A stretch of 64,000 nucleotides of DNA from positions 10,317-74,316 of the forward strand of contig DATFXM010000058.1 of NCBI GenBank assembly GCA_035315885.1. Reading direction: 5' to 3'. Positions 17,103 to 28,651 of this stretch are shown piece by piece; position 1 is the first letter of the stretch; each line of letters opens with the position of its first letter. The notes below the pieces were generated by a model. The model did not search any database, was not told where the DNA came from, and was given only the letters and a program-made list of their open reading frames with translations. The stretch comes from Blastocatellia bacterium (GTDB lineage Bacteria > Acidobacteriota > Blastocatellia > UBA7656). Position numbers and translations under genes: made by a program.

Positions 17103-17765
17103 ATGCGCAAACATTTTGACATCGTTACTTTTGATTGTTACGGAACTCTGATTGATTGGGAAAGCGGCATATTCAACGCCTTTCAGACCGGGATCCCGGG
17201 AGCAAAGCTGGAGCGAGCTACGTTGATCGAGGCTTACCATCAGATTGAGCCTAAGTTGGAAACCGGCGAATACATTCCGTATCGCGACGTGCTGGACCGC
17301 GCGGCTGCGCTGGTTGCATCGCGACTCGGACTCGAGATCCCGAAGGGAGACCAACGGTTTTTGTCCGCGAGCATCGGTTCCTGGCCACCCTTCCCGGACA
17401 CGAATCCGGCGCTGCTGAGGCTCGCGACTACCTTTCAGCTCGGAATCCTGTCTAATGTCGATGACGATTTGCTGCGGTACACGCTTCGCCATCTGAAGGT
17501 GATATTTAACCCGATAGTGACTGCCAAGCAGGTCCATTCCTACAAGCCCGCGCACGCTCACTTTCGGCAAGCACGTCGTCGCACTACCCCAAAGCGACTG
17601 CTTCACGCTGCCCAGAGTTATTATCACGATGTCGTGCCTGCCAAAAGGCTGGAGATCCCCGTTGTCTGGGTCAATCGAAAAGGAGAAAAGGCCCCCAGGA
17701 CCGGGCCTCTGCCGGATTTGGAAGTGAAAAATCTCGAGGAGCTGGCGGATCTGCTCGGCGTGTAG
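17103..17765 (+). CDS. HAD-superfamily hydrolase (haloacid dehalogenase type II-like)
   Basis: Motif I VTFDCYGTLIDW, and SNVDDD. Confidence 0.75.
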   Translation: MRKHFDIVTFDCYGTLIDWESGIFNAFQTGIPGAKLERATLIEAYHQIEPKLETGEYIPYRDVLDRAAALVASRLGLEIPKGDQRFLSASIGSWPPFPDTNPALLRLATTFQLGILSNVDDDLLRYTLRHLKVIFNPIVTAKQVHSYKPAHAHFRQARRRTTPKRLLHAAQSYYHDVVPAKRLEIPVVWVNRKGEKAPRTGPLPDLEVKNLEELADLLGV

Positions 17766-17771
17766 CGACAG

Positions 17772-18248
17772 CTACTGCTGAGCGGCCTTGATGGCCTGTA
17801 TCACTTCGTCGTCACTGGGTCTGAAGATCGGGAACACCGATTTGCGATAACGGATTACTCCGTCGCGATCGATGACCACCACTGCTCTCTGTGCCATGCC
17901 GAGCAACGACTTCACCTTTAGAAGCCTTATCACTTCGCCCCGCTCGTCGGCCAGAAGCCGCTGCGGCAAGCCGTGATGCTCCGCGAATCCCTTGTGCGAC
18001 TCAACCGTGTCCACCGATACAGCCACAACTTCGGCTCCAGTAGCCTGGTAGTCGGCCCAGCGATCGCGCATGCTGCACATCTGTTTGGTGCAAACAGCGG
18101 TCTCGTCCTTCGGATAAAAGACGAGCGCTACTACTTTGCCGCGGTGATCTGACAGCCTCCACGTTTTTCCACTTTCGTCTTTGAGCTCGAAGTCCGGAGC
18201 TAACTCTCCCGGTTCGGTACCTATTGACCGTCCGCTGGCAGCGCTCAT
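17772..18248 (-). CDS. bcp: Peroxiredoxin, Bcp type
   Basis: APDFELKD.., FYPKDETAVCTKQMC (PxxxTxxC with a resolving Cys 5 residues later). The start was moved to ATG 18246-18248, which follows GGAGG. Confidence 0.85.
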   Translation of the reverse strand: MSAASGRSIGTEPGELAPDFELKDESGKTWRLSDHRGKVVALVFYPKDETAVCTKQMCSMRDRWADYQATGAEVVAVSVDTVESHKGFAEHHGLPQRLLADERGEVIRLLKVKSLLGMAQRAVVVIDRDGVIRYRKSVFPIFRPSDDEVIQAIKAAQQ

Positions 18249-18325
18249 TTGTCGTGACCTCCACGCGGCGTATTTCTCACGCGGCATTCTGCTGCCGCAC
18301 CACACAGAAATCAAGCGCGCCGGCC

Positions 18326-19633
18326 TTATTTGGGCGGCGCAATCGCAGAGTACTTTTTCAATATTCGTACGGTCTCGTCGATCGGAAGCGCCTGAACCGT
18401 TCGGCCACGGCCCGTCACCGTCGTAGCGCGAAACAGCGAATTGTAAACCGCTTCTTCCGTAGCCTCGATAACCGCAAGAAAAAGGGGTGAGACCGCATCG
18501 TTTGAAAGAACCTTTGTCTCTCGAGTACTGGCTGTCGATCGGCCGCTGCTTTGGATTCGAAGCTCAGCCGCGGTGGAGAACGCGATAGCATAGTCGCCAC
18601 TGCCATTGCTCGCTGCTGAGCCGGTGCGCCCCAATCCGAGCATTGCCCTCGCGGCGAGCCGCTGCAGGTTTCTATGGTCAATCGGAGCGTCGGTGGCTAT
18701 GACAACGATCACCGAACCGTCCGCCCGATCATCAATCGCCCTGGTCCGTTCTGAGCCCGGCTGCGGGGATGAATCGCGTCCAGTCAGCTCATCTTTCAAG
18801 TAGTACTTGCCCAACTCACGACCTACGGGTGCGCCCGCAATGGTCAAGACTCCTCCGTAGTTCGTCTGGACCAGAACTCCGACTGTGTATCCTCCAAGCG
18901 ATGCGGGGAGTTTGCGCGAGGCCGTCCCGATGCCTCCCTTGAAGCCAAACGCGACCGTTCCTGTTCCGGCTCCGACGCTGCCTTCCTCGACTGGTCCTCC
19001 CTTGGCCGACTTGATCGCGTTTATCACGTCTTCGCGAGTGATGTGGCGGCCGCGGATGTCATTCAGAAACCCGTCGTTGGTTTCGCCTACCAGGGCATTG
19101 ATCGATTGCACGTCCTCATTTCCAGGTAAGCCGAGTATGTAGTCTAGAACCGCATCGGCTACTCGCGGAACGCTGAGAGTTGATGTCAGCAACACCGGGG
19201 TCTCGATCTCGCCCAGCTCGTTGACCTGTGTAGAGCCAGCCAGCTTTCCAAAGGCGTTGCCGATGTACACCGCGCCGGCTACTTTTTCGCGAAACAGGTT
19301 ACCGCCGTGCGGAAGTATTGCCGTAACGCCGGTGCGAATATCGTCACCCCTGATTATGGTGGTTTGGCCGACGCGGACTCCGGCTACATCGGTGATCGCG
19401 TTCAGTTGACCCGTCGGTAAGACGCCGCAGTTAATTCCCAGATCGCGTGCTCTGGGCCGCGGCTCGGCGGAGCCGCGATCACTTCCTTTCTGGAGAGGAG
19501 CCTCTGGCTGAGCCATCTTTTCCCTCGCGGAGACAAACGTAATCGGCTGCAAGCAAAGCACAAGAATCAAAAGAGATGAGCGCACTGTACCTCGAAAATA
19601 ACTGATGATTTTTGATTTAGCATGATTTATCAT
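18326..19633 (-). CDS. P1/S58 (DmpA-type) aminopeptidase family protein, secreted
   Basis: NAITDVAGVRVGQTT, GVTAILP, GTASR-type self-cleavage region. N-terminal hydrophobic signal. Confidence 0.75.
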   Translation of the reverse strand: MINHAKSKIISYFRGTVRSSLLILVLCLQPITFVSAREKMAQPEAPLQKGSDRGSAEPRPRARDLGINCGVLPTGQLNAITDVAGVRVGQTTIIRGDDIRTGVTAILPHGGNLFREKVAGAVYIGNAFGKLAGSTQVNELGEIETPVLLTSTLSVPRVADAVLDYILGLPGNEDVQSINALVGETNDGFLNDIRGRHITREDVINAIKSAKGGPVEEGSVGAGTGTVAFGFKGGIGTASRKLPASLGGYTVGVLVQTNYGGVLTIAGAPVGRELGKYYLKDELTGRDSSPQPGSERTRAIDDRADGSVIVVIATDAPIDHRNLQRLAARAMLGLGRTGSAASNGSGDYAIAFSTAAELRIQSSGRSTASTRETKVLSNDAVSPLFLAVIEATEEAVYNSLFRATTVTGRGRTVQALPIDETVRILKKYSAIAPPK

Positions 19634-19754
19634 CTCGAGGCTGTCGTTTCAACTAATCCCCCTCAACGTGCTCCCCGGCATATGCTCCCAGATAACTTGG
19701 ACTGAAATCGCGTGAGGATCTGTTTGACTCACGACCGCCAGGACCGGAGGCAGG

Positions 19755-21668
19755 ATGCTCCAGTATGCGCTTGACGAGAGTGCCCAGGAGGCACTGGTCA
19801 CAGAAGGCGTTCTTACCAACGAACAGTTAAGCAAGGCCCGCGATATACACGGTCGTTTGGGCACGCACACGTCGCTGTGCGACGTGCTGGTCGAAATGCA
19901 CATGATCAGCAGGCCGCGCCTTGAAGAATTCGTCAAACGGCACCGGCCCAGACCGAGCCTCAGCGACATCCTCATTTCAAGGCGTCTGGTAACCGAGCAC
20001 GACGTCCTCGCCGCTCGCGAGGTCCAGCGAAAGAGCGCGCCAAGGTCAAAACGAATCGGCGAAACGCTCGTCGAGATGGGGCTCATCGAAGAACGCCACG
20101 TGATCGAGGCGCTCGCCGAAGAGTTCTCTCTCAAGATCTTTGATCCGGACATAACAGAAATCGATGTGGATCTGGTGCGCAAGATCTCTCTCAAATATTT
20201 GAGACGCCAGGTTGCGCTTCCGATCAAGCTCGACGCCGCGCAGCTCCATCTTCTGGTGGCTGACCCGACGATGACTCCATTCTTCGAGGAAATCGAACGG
20301 CTTTTTGCTTGCAGATTGAGGCTCTCGCTCGCCACCTCCGCTACCATTCAACAAAAGCTCGATTTGGTGGATGCCTTGTTGCAGGGCAAAGACGCGGGCA
20401 TCGGCGACTATCAGAAGGTCAAGTACCATTCGCTCGAATCTCAAACGCTGGCGCAAGCTGAAGACCGTATTATCAACGCAGTCGATCAGTTTATCAGGTC
20501 AGCGATCGAGGAAGGCGCATCGGACGTACACCTCGAGCCGATGGCTAACAAACTGCGAGTGCGCTACAGGATTGACGGCGTGCTGGTTCACAAGATGGAT
20601 TTTCCCCGGGACTACACGCCACGCATCGTGTCGCGCATAAAGATTCTGGCGGACGCCGACGTCGCCGAACGCCGAAAGCATCAGGATGGCCGAATCTTCG
20701 TCAAAACCGACAAACAGGAGATCGACATTCGAGTCTCCTTCTACGCGACGGTTTTTGGGGAGAACGTCGTACTGAGAATTCTAAATAAGGCCTCGCTGAT
20801 CAGTCTGCAGGAGCTGGGCTTCGCTCCAAACATCCTGCGGCTTTACAGTGAGGATGTTCTTGCGACGCCTTCGGGCATAACCCTGATCACCGGCCCGACC
20901 GGTTCCGGGAAAACAACTACGCTCTACAGCTCGATCGATCACTGCAACGACCCTACGGTCAAGATCATCACCTGCGAAGACCCGGTTGAATATGTAATCG
21001 ACGGGATCTCGCAATGCTCGATCAATGAGAAGATCGGTCTTACGTTTCACGAGACGCTGAGATCTATAGTCAGGCAAGATCCGGACATCATAGTGATTGG
21101 CGAGATTCGCGATCGGTTCTCGGCTGACGTAGCAGTTCAGTCCGCGCTGACCGGGCACAAGGTGTTCGCGACGTTCCACACCGAGGATTCGGTAGGGGCG
21201 CTCGTGCGGCTGATTAATATGGAAATTGAAACCTCGCTGATTGCGTCTACGATCGGGGCAGTCCTGGCGCAGCGGCTCGTTAGAAAAGTGTGCTCGAACT
21301 GTCGAGTCGAGGACCAGCCCGACGATCGAGTGCTGCGCCGGTTCAGGCTTCAGCGTGAGCAGCTCAAGGGGTTTCAGCTCTTCCGTGGCAAGGGATGTTC
21401 GGCTTGCAACTTTACCGGCTATCGGGGACGGCTTGGAATCTATGAGCTGCTGGTGCCCAACGGCGAGATTCGAGACGCAATCCTCCAGAAGCGCACGATG
21501 CAGGAAATCAGACAGATGAGTCTGGATAGCGCCAATCTCTGCACAATGCAGGAGGATGGCATGGTAAAGGCCCTGCGCGGGACCACGACTCTTGACGAGG
21601 TCCTCGAGAACGCGCCGCGGGTATTCCACCAGCGGTCACTGGAAACTCTGTTGTCTATAGCAGGATGA
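19755..21668 (+). CDS. GspE/PilB-family secretion ATPase with N-terminal MshEN/T2SSE_N-type domains
   Basis: Walker A GPTGSGKTTTLY, ITCEDPVEY, Asp/His boxes, GEIRD, and a C-terminal CxxC..CxxC tetracysteine. Confidence 0.88.
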   Translation: MLQYALDESAQEALVTEGVLTNEQLSKARDIHGRLGTHTSLCDVLVEMHMISRPRLEEFVKRHRPRPSLSDILISRRLVTEHDVLAAREVQRKSAPRSKRIGETLVEMGLIEERHVIEALAEEFSLKIFDPDITEIDVDLVRKISLKYLRRQVALPIKLDAAQLHLLVADPTMTPFFEEIERLFACRLRLSLATSATIQQKLDLVDALLQGKDAGIGDYQKVKYHSLESQTLAQAEDRIINAVDQFIRSAIEEGASDVHLEPMANKLRVRYRIDGVLVHKMDFPRDYTPRIVSRIKILADADVAERRKHQDGRIFVKTDKQEIDIRVSFYATVFGENVVLRILNKASLISLQELGFAPNILRLYSEDVLATPSGITLITGPTGSGKTTTLYSSIDHCNDPTVKIITCEDPVEYVIDGISQCSINEKIGLTFHETLRSIVRQDPDIIVIGEIRDRFSADVAVQSALTGHKVFATFHTEDSVGALVRLINMEIETSLIASTIGAVLAQRLVRKVCSNCRVEDQPDDRVLRRFRLQREQLKGFQLFRGKGCSACNFTGYRGRLGIYELLVPNGEIRDAILQKRTMQEIRQMSLDSANLCTMQEDGMVKALRGTTTLDEVLENAPRVFHQRSLETLLSIAG

Positions 21669-21674
21669 GAGGAA

Positions 21675-21751
21675 GTTCTGAGTAGGGAAAAGAGAGTTCG
21701 GAGTACTGAGTTCTGACTAGGTAAGCAGACTCAGGACTCAGGACTCAGAAC
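21675..21751. repeat. Family-S element between convergent genes
   Basis: GTTCTGA...GTTCGGA GTACTGA GTTCTGA (21675-21716) and TCAGGAC TCAGGAC TCAGAAC (21731-21751). The last unit overlaps the stop (21751-53) of the minus-strand gene. Confidence 0.85.
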
Positions 21752-23427
21752 TACCTATGTCGTCCGTGCCTGCGAGACGAAGCGCGTTCTCGATAGTGGC
21801 CGGCACGGCGACCCGACCCGCGGACCTGTTTCGGTATCTTTACCGTCTGTCCCTTCCGCAGCTCGCCGCTTGACGACATTCGATTCACTCGGGCCAGCTC
21901 CCGAGCTGAGATCCCATACCGCTTTGCCAGACTCGCAATCGTATCGCCGCGGCGAACGGTGTATGACGCGAGTTGTACTCGATAGGCTGAACGATATCCT
22001 TCAGCGACATCGTCGGCCGGCAGAATGATTCGCCGGCCCATGCGCTTCTCCTCGGGAAGCGTGGCGTAGGCGACCTCAAACTGCTTCTTCATCCCTTTCG
22101 GAATCTTGATCGTGTACCGAGCACCTGGCGGGCTGGCTCCGCGCCGCAGCTCGGGATTCAAATCCTGAATGACCTCATAAGGCACACCCAGAAGGTCGCC
22201 AACGACTTTCAAATCGGTCTGCGAAGGAAGATCGAACGTCTCGAAATTCAGCGCCGGATCAGAGCTCACGTCAAATCCGTAGCGCTTCTGGTTCTTGCTT
22301 ATGATCATTATCGAAAGGATGATCGGAACGTAGTTTCGAGTCTCCTGCGGCAATAGGCCGCGTCGATAAAGCTCCCAGAAGTCTGCGTAGCCGCACCGAG
22401 CCACCGCGCTATCTACGCGGTTCTCACCTGAATTGTAGGCGGCCATTGCCAGAAGCCAGTCACCAGCAAAGTGCTCATTCAACCAGTGGAGGTACCGGGC
22501 AGCGGCGCGCGTCGATTTCTCCGGCTGTGAGCGGTCATCTATCCACGTCGTCTGCGCCAGACCGTACCGCTGGCCAGTTGATGGTATGAACTGCCAGATA
22601 CCTTTCGCCGCTGCTCGAGACAAAGCGGCCGGCTTCCAAACCGATTCAGCCTGCGCAAGCCACATCAAGTCTTGCGGGACCTTCTCTTCCTTGAAGATCT
22701 TCTCCACCATCTGCCGGTACCGGCCCGAGCGCTGCAGTCCCACTTCCATGGTGGAGCGGCCGCGCCCAGCTACAAAGTAATTCAGAAACTGAAACACCGG
22801 CGGCGCGACCGTGAAATCAAAATCGTACTTGCCGAAGATTTTGATGCCTTCCGGAGTAACGGTGGCCAGCTCTTCTTCCTTTATTTGCGACAGCTCATCA
22901 AGCACCGACGGCTCAGAGATCTCCGGTCGCAGCGCGTCTTCGTGCTTGTCGTCGGCCAGAGCTTCGTACTTATGAATTCGTTCGATCAGCCGGTGGTAGT
23001 AGATCTCGAGCTTTGCGTCGGCACGCAGATTCGCGCCGGACTGCAGGATAACGTCGAGCGCGTCATCGAACAGCTTGCGTGCGATCTCAGGCAAGCCTTT
23101 GCTCATGGCTTCTTCGCCGCGCTTAAAGGTATCTTCAGCGCGGTCGATTATCTTCTGAGAATCCACAGGCTGCTTCAATCCAGTTTCCGGAGCCGCTTTT
23201 GGAGGATTTGTCAGCGCCTGATTTGCAGGTGACGCGTTGATTCCTGGCGGGTTTGTAGCCGGAGTCGCCGGCGATGCATTGGCTTTACTTGTCGAGGCCT
23301 GCTCAGCTTCAGTGCCTGGAAGCTTTTGCTGGCCGGCCAGTACGGTGGCCGGGCATATGCCACCTAGAAGCAGGGTCGATGTCAATGTAGTGACCGCACA
23401 CCTGCCCCACAATCTGTCAATCTTCAT
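21751..23427 (-). CDS. Lytic transglycosylase (SLT domain) with C-terminal LysM, MltD-like
   Basis: Signal peptide. AESVWKP..KGIWQFIPSTG and AAYNSGENRV (SLT). YTVRRGDTIASLAKRYGIS (LysM). Confidence 0.88.
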   Translation of the reverse strand: MKIDRLWGRCAVTTLTSTLLLGGICPATVLAGQQKLPGTEAEQASTSKANASPATPATNPPGINASPANQALTNPPKAAPETGLKQPVDSQKIIDRAEDTFKRGEEAMSKGLPEIARKLFDDALDVILQSGANLRADAKLEIYYHRLIERIHKYEALADDKHEDALRPEISEPSVLDELSQIKEEELATVTPEGIKIFGKYDFDFTVAPPVFQFLNYFVAGRGRSTMEVGLQRSGRYRQMVEKIFKEEKVPQDLMWLAQAESVWKPAALSRAAAKGIWQFIPSTGQRYGLAQTTWIDDRSQPEKSTRAAARYLHWLNEHFAGDWLLAMAAYNSGENRVDSAVARCGYADFWELYRRGLLPQETRNYVPIILSIMIISKNQKRYGFDVSSDPALNFETFDLPSQTDLKVVGDLLGVPYEVIQDLNPELRRGASPPGARYTIKIPKGMKKQFEVAYATLPEEKRMGRRIILPADDVAEGYRSAYRVQLASYTVRRGDTIASLAKRYGISARELARVNRMSSSGELRKGQTVKIPKQVRGSGRRAGHYRERASSRRHGRHR

Positions 23428-23643
23428 CCTGTTCTCTATCCTTCTGGATTAAGGCTGTGCTGATACACTAGCTCCAAATCCCCTAAGCTTGAGTTCGCGC
23501 TAACCGCGGGACCGGCGGGCAAGGGGGCCTATGTCCAACGGCCGACTTCTGCGCACTCCCTTAATCAATTTGGTACCTTATAACACGCAAATACGGAGGG
23601 GTCAATAAAATAGCCGGTCGCAACAAATTTGAAAGAACTTTAC

Positions 23644-26030
23644 TCAGGCTCCTATCGCGGTCTTCAACGCCTGCCGCACCGAATCTATGAACACGAAACT
23701 GACGTCCTTGAGCAACTCCTTAGGGACCTCCTCGAGATCCCGCCGGTTCTGTTGAGGCAGCAGAATTGTAGTCACCCTGGCCCTACGCGCCGCCAAAACC
23801 TTCTCCTTGATCCCGCCAACGGGCAAAACGTTCCCTCGCAGCGTGATCTCACCGGTCATCGCCACCGACCGTTTCACTCGCTTTCCCGATAGTGCCGAAA
23901 CCAGCGCGGTCGCCAGGGTCACTCCCGCAGACGGGCCGTCCTTCGGAATCGAGCCCTCCGGGACGTGAATGTGGATGTCGTACTTGTTGAACTTGTCCGG
24001 GTCGATCCCCAGTTCTTCGGCTCGCGCTTTCGCCCACGAGAAAGCGGCCTGCGCCGACTCCTTCATAACATCGCCGAGCTGGCCGGTCAGCATCAGCCCG
24101 CCCTTTCCTGAAGTCAGGAGCGCCTCAATGAACAGCACGTCGCCTCCTGCCGGCGTCCAAGCCAAACCGGTCGCGACTCCAACCTGATCTTTCTTCAGGA
24201 CCTCGTCCGGGTGAATTCTGGGGACTCCGAGAAAGTCGTGAAGCTTGTCCGGAGCTATTCGAACCTGCGAGCCGTCTCCTTCCGCGACTCTTCGCGCGAC
24301 TTTGCGGCAGATGCTGGCAATCTCGCGTTCGAATTGCCGGAGTCCGGATTCGTGGGTGTATTGCTGAATGATTCCCCTCAGGGCGGTGCGGTTAATCGAT
24401 AGCTGTTTGCCGGTTATCCCGTGATTCTCGAGCTGCCGCGGGATGATGTGCCGCCGCGCTATCTCAACCTTCTCTTCTTCGGTATAACCCGCAAGGCGGA
24501 TAACCTCCATTCGGTCCCGCAGCGCCGGATGAATCGTGTCGAGCACATTGGCGGTCGTCATGAACATCACGTTTGAGAGATCGAAAGGAACTCCGAGATA
24601 GTTGTCGCGAAACGAGAAGTTCTGTTCGGGGTCCAACACCTCGAGGAGCGCTGAAGAGGGATCGCCCCTGAAATCAGCTCCTACCTTGTCAATCTCGTCC
24701 AGCATTATCAAAGGGTTGTTTGTTCCGGCCTGTTGTATCGACTGGACGATGCGGCCGGGCATCGCGCCGATGTAAGTACGGCGATGGCCTCGAATCTCCG
24801 CCTCGTCGTGAAGGCCACCGAGACTGAGCCGCTGGAACTTTCGGTTCAGCGCTCTGGCGATCGACCTTCCGAGGCTGGTCTTGCCGACTCCGGGAGGCCC
24901 GACCAGACAGAGGATTGGACCTTTGACTTTGTCTTTGAGCTTGCGGACAGCGAGCGATTCGATGATTCGCTCTTTGACCTTCTCGAGGCCGTAGTGATCT
25001 TCGTCCAGGATTGTTTGAGCCCGTTTGAGATCGAGATTCTCTTCAGACGATTTCGACCAGGGCAGCGCAACCATGACGTCGAGGTAGTTGCGAAGCGTCG
25101 CCGCTTCGGCGGCGTCGGGATGCATCCGCTCGAGCTTTTTGATCTGCCGGTCTACTTCTTCTTCCACCGGCTGAGGCATCCCGGCTTGTATCATCTTTTC
25201 GCGATACTGAGCTATTTCTTCGGCGAGCTCGTTGCCTTCCCCCAGTTCCGACTGGATCGCCTTTAGCTGTTGCCTGAGGTAGAACTCGCGCTGGGTGCGG
25301 TCGATTTCGCCCTTTGCCTGGGTGTTTATCTCCTGTTGCACCAGCAGCACGTTTATCTCTCGGGCAAGGAGCTCGTTGACGCGATGAAGGCGTTCTACGG
25401 GCTTCAGCTTTTCGAGCACGCTCTGGGCGTCCGATACCTTCAACTCGAGATTTGAGGCGGAGACGTCCGCAAGGCGGCCCGGGTCGTCCAGGTTGGCAAC
25501 AATTGCCATTACTTCCGAGGAAATGTTCTTGCCCAGCGTGATGGCCCGCTCGAGAGATGCGCGCACGTTGCGCATGAGGGCTTCGACCTCCAACTCGTCG
25601 GCGTCCGGCTCCGGATCCTGAATCTGATCGATGTGAGCGACCAGGTGGGGCATGTGTTCTTCGTAGCGGGTGACTCGAGCGCGGCTGAGGCCCTGAACCA
25701 GTATCCTGATCCGACCGTCGGGCATCTTCAGCATTCGCATTATGGCTGCCGCGGTCCCGTAGTTATAGAGGTCGGCGCCGCCGGGCTCTTCTTTTTCGAG
25801 GTCGCGCTGAGCGATCAACATGATCATGCGGCTCTCGGCCAGAGCCTGCTCTACGGCGCGGATGGACCGCTCTCGCTGCACGAACAGCGGGACGATCATG
25901 TATGGGAAAATGACGATGTCCCGAAGCGGGAGGACCGGCAGCGCGTCGGGAACCTTTACCTGACCGCTGCTGGTATCGATCTGGACTTCCTGCGTTTCCA
26001 GCATTGACGACATGTCTGTCGTGATTGAAC

Positions 26031-26034
<4 letters not shown>
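23644..26034 (-). CDS. lon: ATP-dependent protease Lon
   Basis: 796 aa. LON N-domain, Walker [10 protein letters not shown], proteolytic PKDGPSAG. Confidence 0.96.
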
Positions 26035-26495
<461 letters not shown>

Positions 26496-26535
26496 ATCTA
26501 AGGCCTCGGGTGAATGATTTGGATCGAGCGCGAGA

Positions 26536-27747
26536 TCAACCTCGCGCCGCGAACGCTTCTTCGGCTTCCTGCTCGGGTACTGCCTGCCCTGCTGAACCCT
26601 TGTCCGTGTCCTCGTCCACCTGGCGCTCGCCGAGCAACTTGAGGCGGTCAAGCGACAGGCCCTCCTTCGCCAGATAGTAAAGACCGAAGAACGTGGCGGG
26701 AGCAAAAATCAAGAGATGGAGGGTTATTGCTATCGATGCCGATTTGTTCTGTTCAATGCCGAGAAACGACAGCGCCGCCGCGGTCGCAGTATGAAACGGC
26801 CCCGTCGCTCCGCCCGGGGTAGGAATGACCGAGCCGAGCATCGACAGGCCCATGAGGAAAACCGCTCCAGTAAAAGGCACGGCCTCATAGGGCACTCCGA
26901 ACGCTCGCACAACAAGCAGGTGCGCCAGCGAAACCATCAACCAAAGCAGCACCGTGTAACCGACGGTGATCGTCAGCGATCGCGCATCGTGCAGCACCGC
27001 TAGACCCTCGGAAATGTGCCGCAACAAACTCAACAGGCCGCGCGCGATCGAGGTGGGCAGCCGGTTGAGTCTCGTCTCCAAAAACGCGAGCGCACCTTCG
27101 CGTTTCGTCCTGAACGCAGACAAACCGTAGATCCCCGCCGCAGCAACAAGCAGCAGCATGACACCGGTAACCTTGATCCAGCCGAAGACCCTCATCGCGT
27201 CGGCATCGTGCGCCACGTACTCGAAGAAGATCAGATTCACCGCAAAAAAGACTACGACCATGACCATGTCGAACACGCGCTCGATCATGACTGTGGCGTA
27301 GCTGGCCGATGGATGTACGCGGGACTTCACAGACAGGGCAGCCGGTCTGACGATCATCTCAGCGGCTCGCCCCATCACGAACAATGCTGAGAACCCCATC
27401 ATCGTGGCCCTGAACAGCGCGAGCAGCGGGGGCCGCGCCATGGGCTCCAGGAATACTCTCCATCTGAGCACGCGCACCCAGTAGGTTCCGACGAGGAGCG
27501 CGACTGCCAGCGCGAGTTGTTGCCAGTTAGCCTTTTTGACTTCTCCGGCCACGTCTCGCCAGTTGAGCTTGTGTACGAACCAGTAGACAAAAATGGCTCC
27601 CACCAGCAGGCTGAGGATGGACTTTAGTCGGGTGTTCACAGCGTCGGGAAAAAACCTCGTGCTATACTTCGCCAGGGCTGCCGCGGCGACTGTTTTGAGC
27701 GCGACCGTGCGCCCGTTGTATTCATCATCATTGCGGGACCAGTGCAC
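26536..27747 (-). CDS. Multi-pass membrane protein, lysyl-PG-synthase-TM/flippase-like (UPF0104)
   Basis: About 8 hydrophobic helices. The RVLRWRVFL motif region is typical of UPF0104. Acidic C-terminal tail. Confidence 0.6.
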   Translation of the reverse strand: MHWSRNDDEYNGRTVALKTVAAAALAKYSTRFFPDAVNTRLKSILSLLVGAIFVYWFVHKLNWRDVAGEVKKANWQQLALAVALLVGTYWVRVLRWRVFLEPMARPPLLALFRATMMGFSALFVMGRAAEMIVRPAALSVKSRVHPSASYATVMIERVFDMVMVVVFFAVNLIFFEYVAHDADAMRVFGWIKVTGVMLLLVAAAGIYGLSAFRTKREGALAFLETRLNRLPTSIARGLLSLLRHISEGLAVLHDARSLTITVGYTVLLWLMVSLAHLLVVRAFGVPYEAVPFTGAVFLMGLSMLGSVIPTPGGATGPFHTATAAALSFLGIEQNKSASIAITLHLLIFAPATFFGLYYLAKEGLSLDRLKLLGERQVDEDTDKGSAGQAVPEQEAEEAFAARG

Positions 27748-27918
27748 TATCGACTGTATCGAGCGGGGATTCTAGCACAAAATGTGGACCACTCGCACGG
27801 CCGTCTGGTCCCGAGGGGACCAGGCCACGGGAACATTTTTCGTCACTATCTCGTTAAGCGATTTTGATGATGTGCGTGGATAAGGCGTGGGAATAAGGAG
27901 CTTGCGAGAAGGCGACAC

Positions 27919-28506
27919 GTGGGAGCAAGACTTGCGTTGACATCGAGCGATGCTGAAATCGTTCAGCGTTGTTTGGAGGGTGACCAGCAGGCGTGGTCGG
28001 AGATCGTCCGCAATTTTTCGCGGAGGATCTACAATCTGGCTTACCGGTTCACATCGAGTCACGGCGCTGCCGAAGATCTCACCCAGGAGGTCTTCATCAG
28101 AGTCTATCGCTCGTTGAATCAGTATGACGCCTCGCTCGGCGATCTTTCGAACTGGTTGATGCGGTTGGCGCGTAACCTGGTGATCGACGATTACCGGAAG
28201 CGGCAACGCACTCCGACTTCGGCAGGCGATGACCTGGCGGAGCACGAGTACCACCTTCCCTCATCGAACGATAGCCCTCAACGGTCCCTTGAACGCCAGG
28301 AGCGCCGCCTTCAAGTACTGGCGGCGATAAACAAGCTGTCTCCAGACCTGCGCGAATGCGTCATCCTTCGCGATATCGAGGAGTTGACGTACCAGGAGAT
28401 AGTCGACCTTCTTCAGATACCGGAAGGTACCGTGAAGAGCAGAATCAACCGCGGCCGTATTGAACTGGCTAAGGTGCTGCGCAGGATGAAGGTTAATCCA
28501 GATTAA
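27919..28506 (+). CDS. ECF-type RNA polymerase sigma factor
   Basis: Region 2 AEDLTQEVFIRVY, and a region 4 helix-turn-helix LTYQEIVDLLQIPEGTVKSRINRGR. Confidence 0.88.
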   Translation: MGARLALTSSDAEIVQRCLEGDQQAWSEIVRNFSRRIYNLAYRFTSSHGAAEDLTQEVFIRVYRSLNQYDASLGDLSNWLMRLARNLVIDDYRKRQRTPTSAGDDLAEHEYHLPSSNDSPQRSLERQERRLQVLAAINKLSPDLRECVILRDIEELTYQEIVDLLQIPEGTVKSRINRGRIELAKVLRRMKVNPD

Positions 28507-28651
28507 ATCCGTCTCATTCAGAGCGGACATTCCACCGCATCACATTGAGGGTTTTGAAAGTTGCAGTTTGGCGTGTACCCGCCAGGGCGGAACACGCGGT
28601 ATGAGTTATAGAGATGGCAGATTCAGAAACAAAGGATAAAAGTACGATACT

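Noticed and set aside
28507-28535. The short hairpin CCGTCTC-ATTCA-GAGCGG after the sigma-factor stop, as a terminator
   Set aside because: The stem is weak and bulged and has no T-run. The anti-sigma gene follows and is expected to be co-transcribed.
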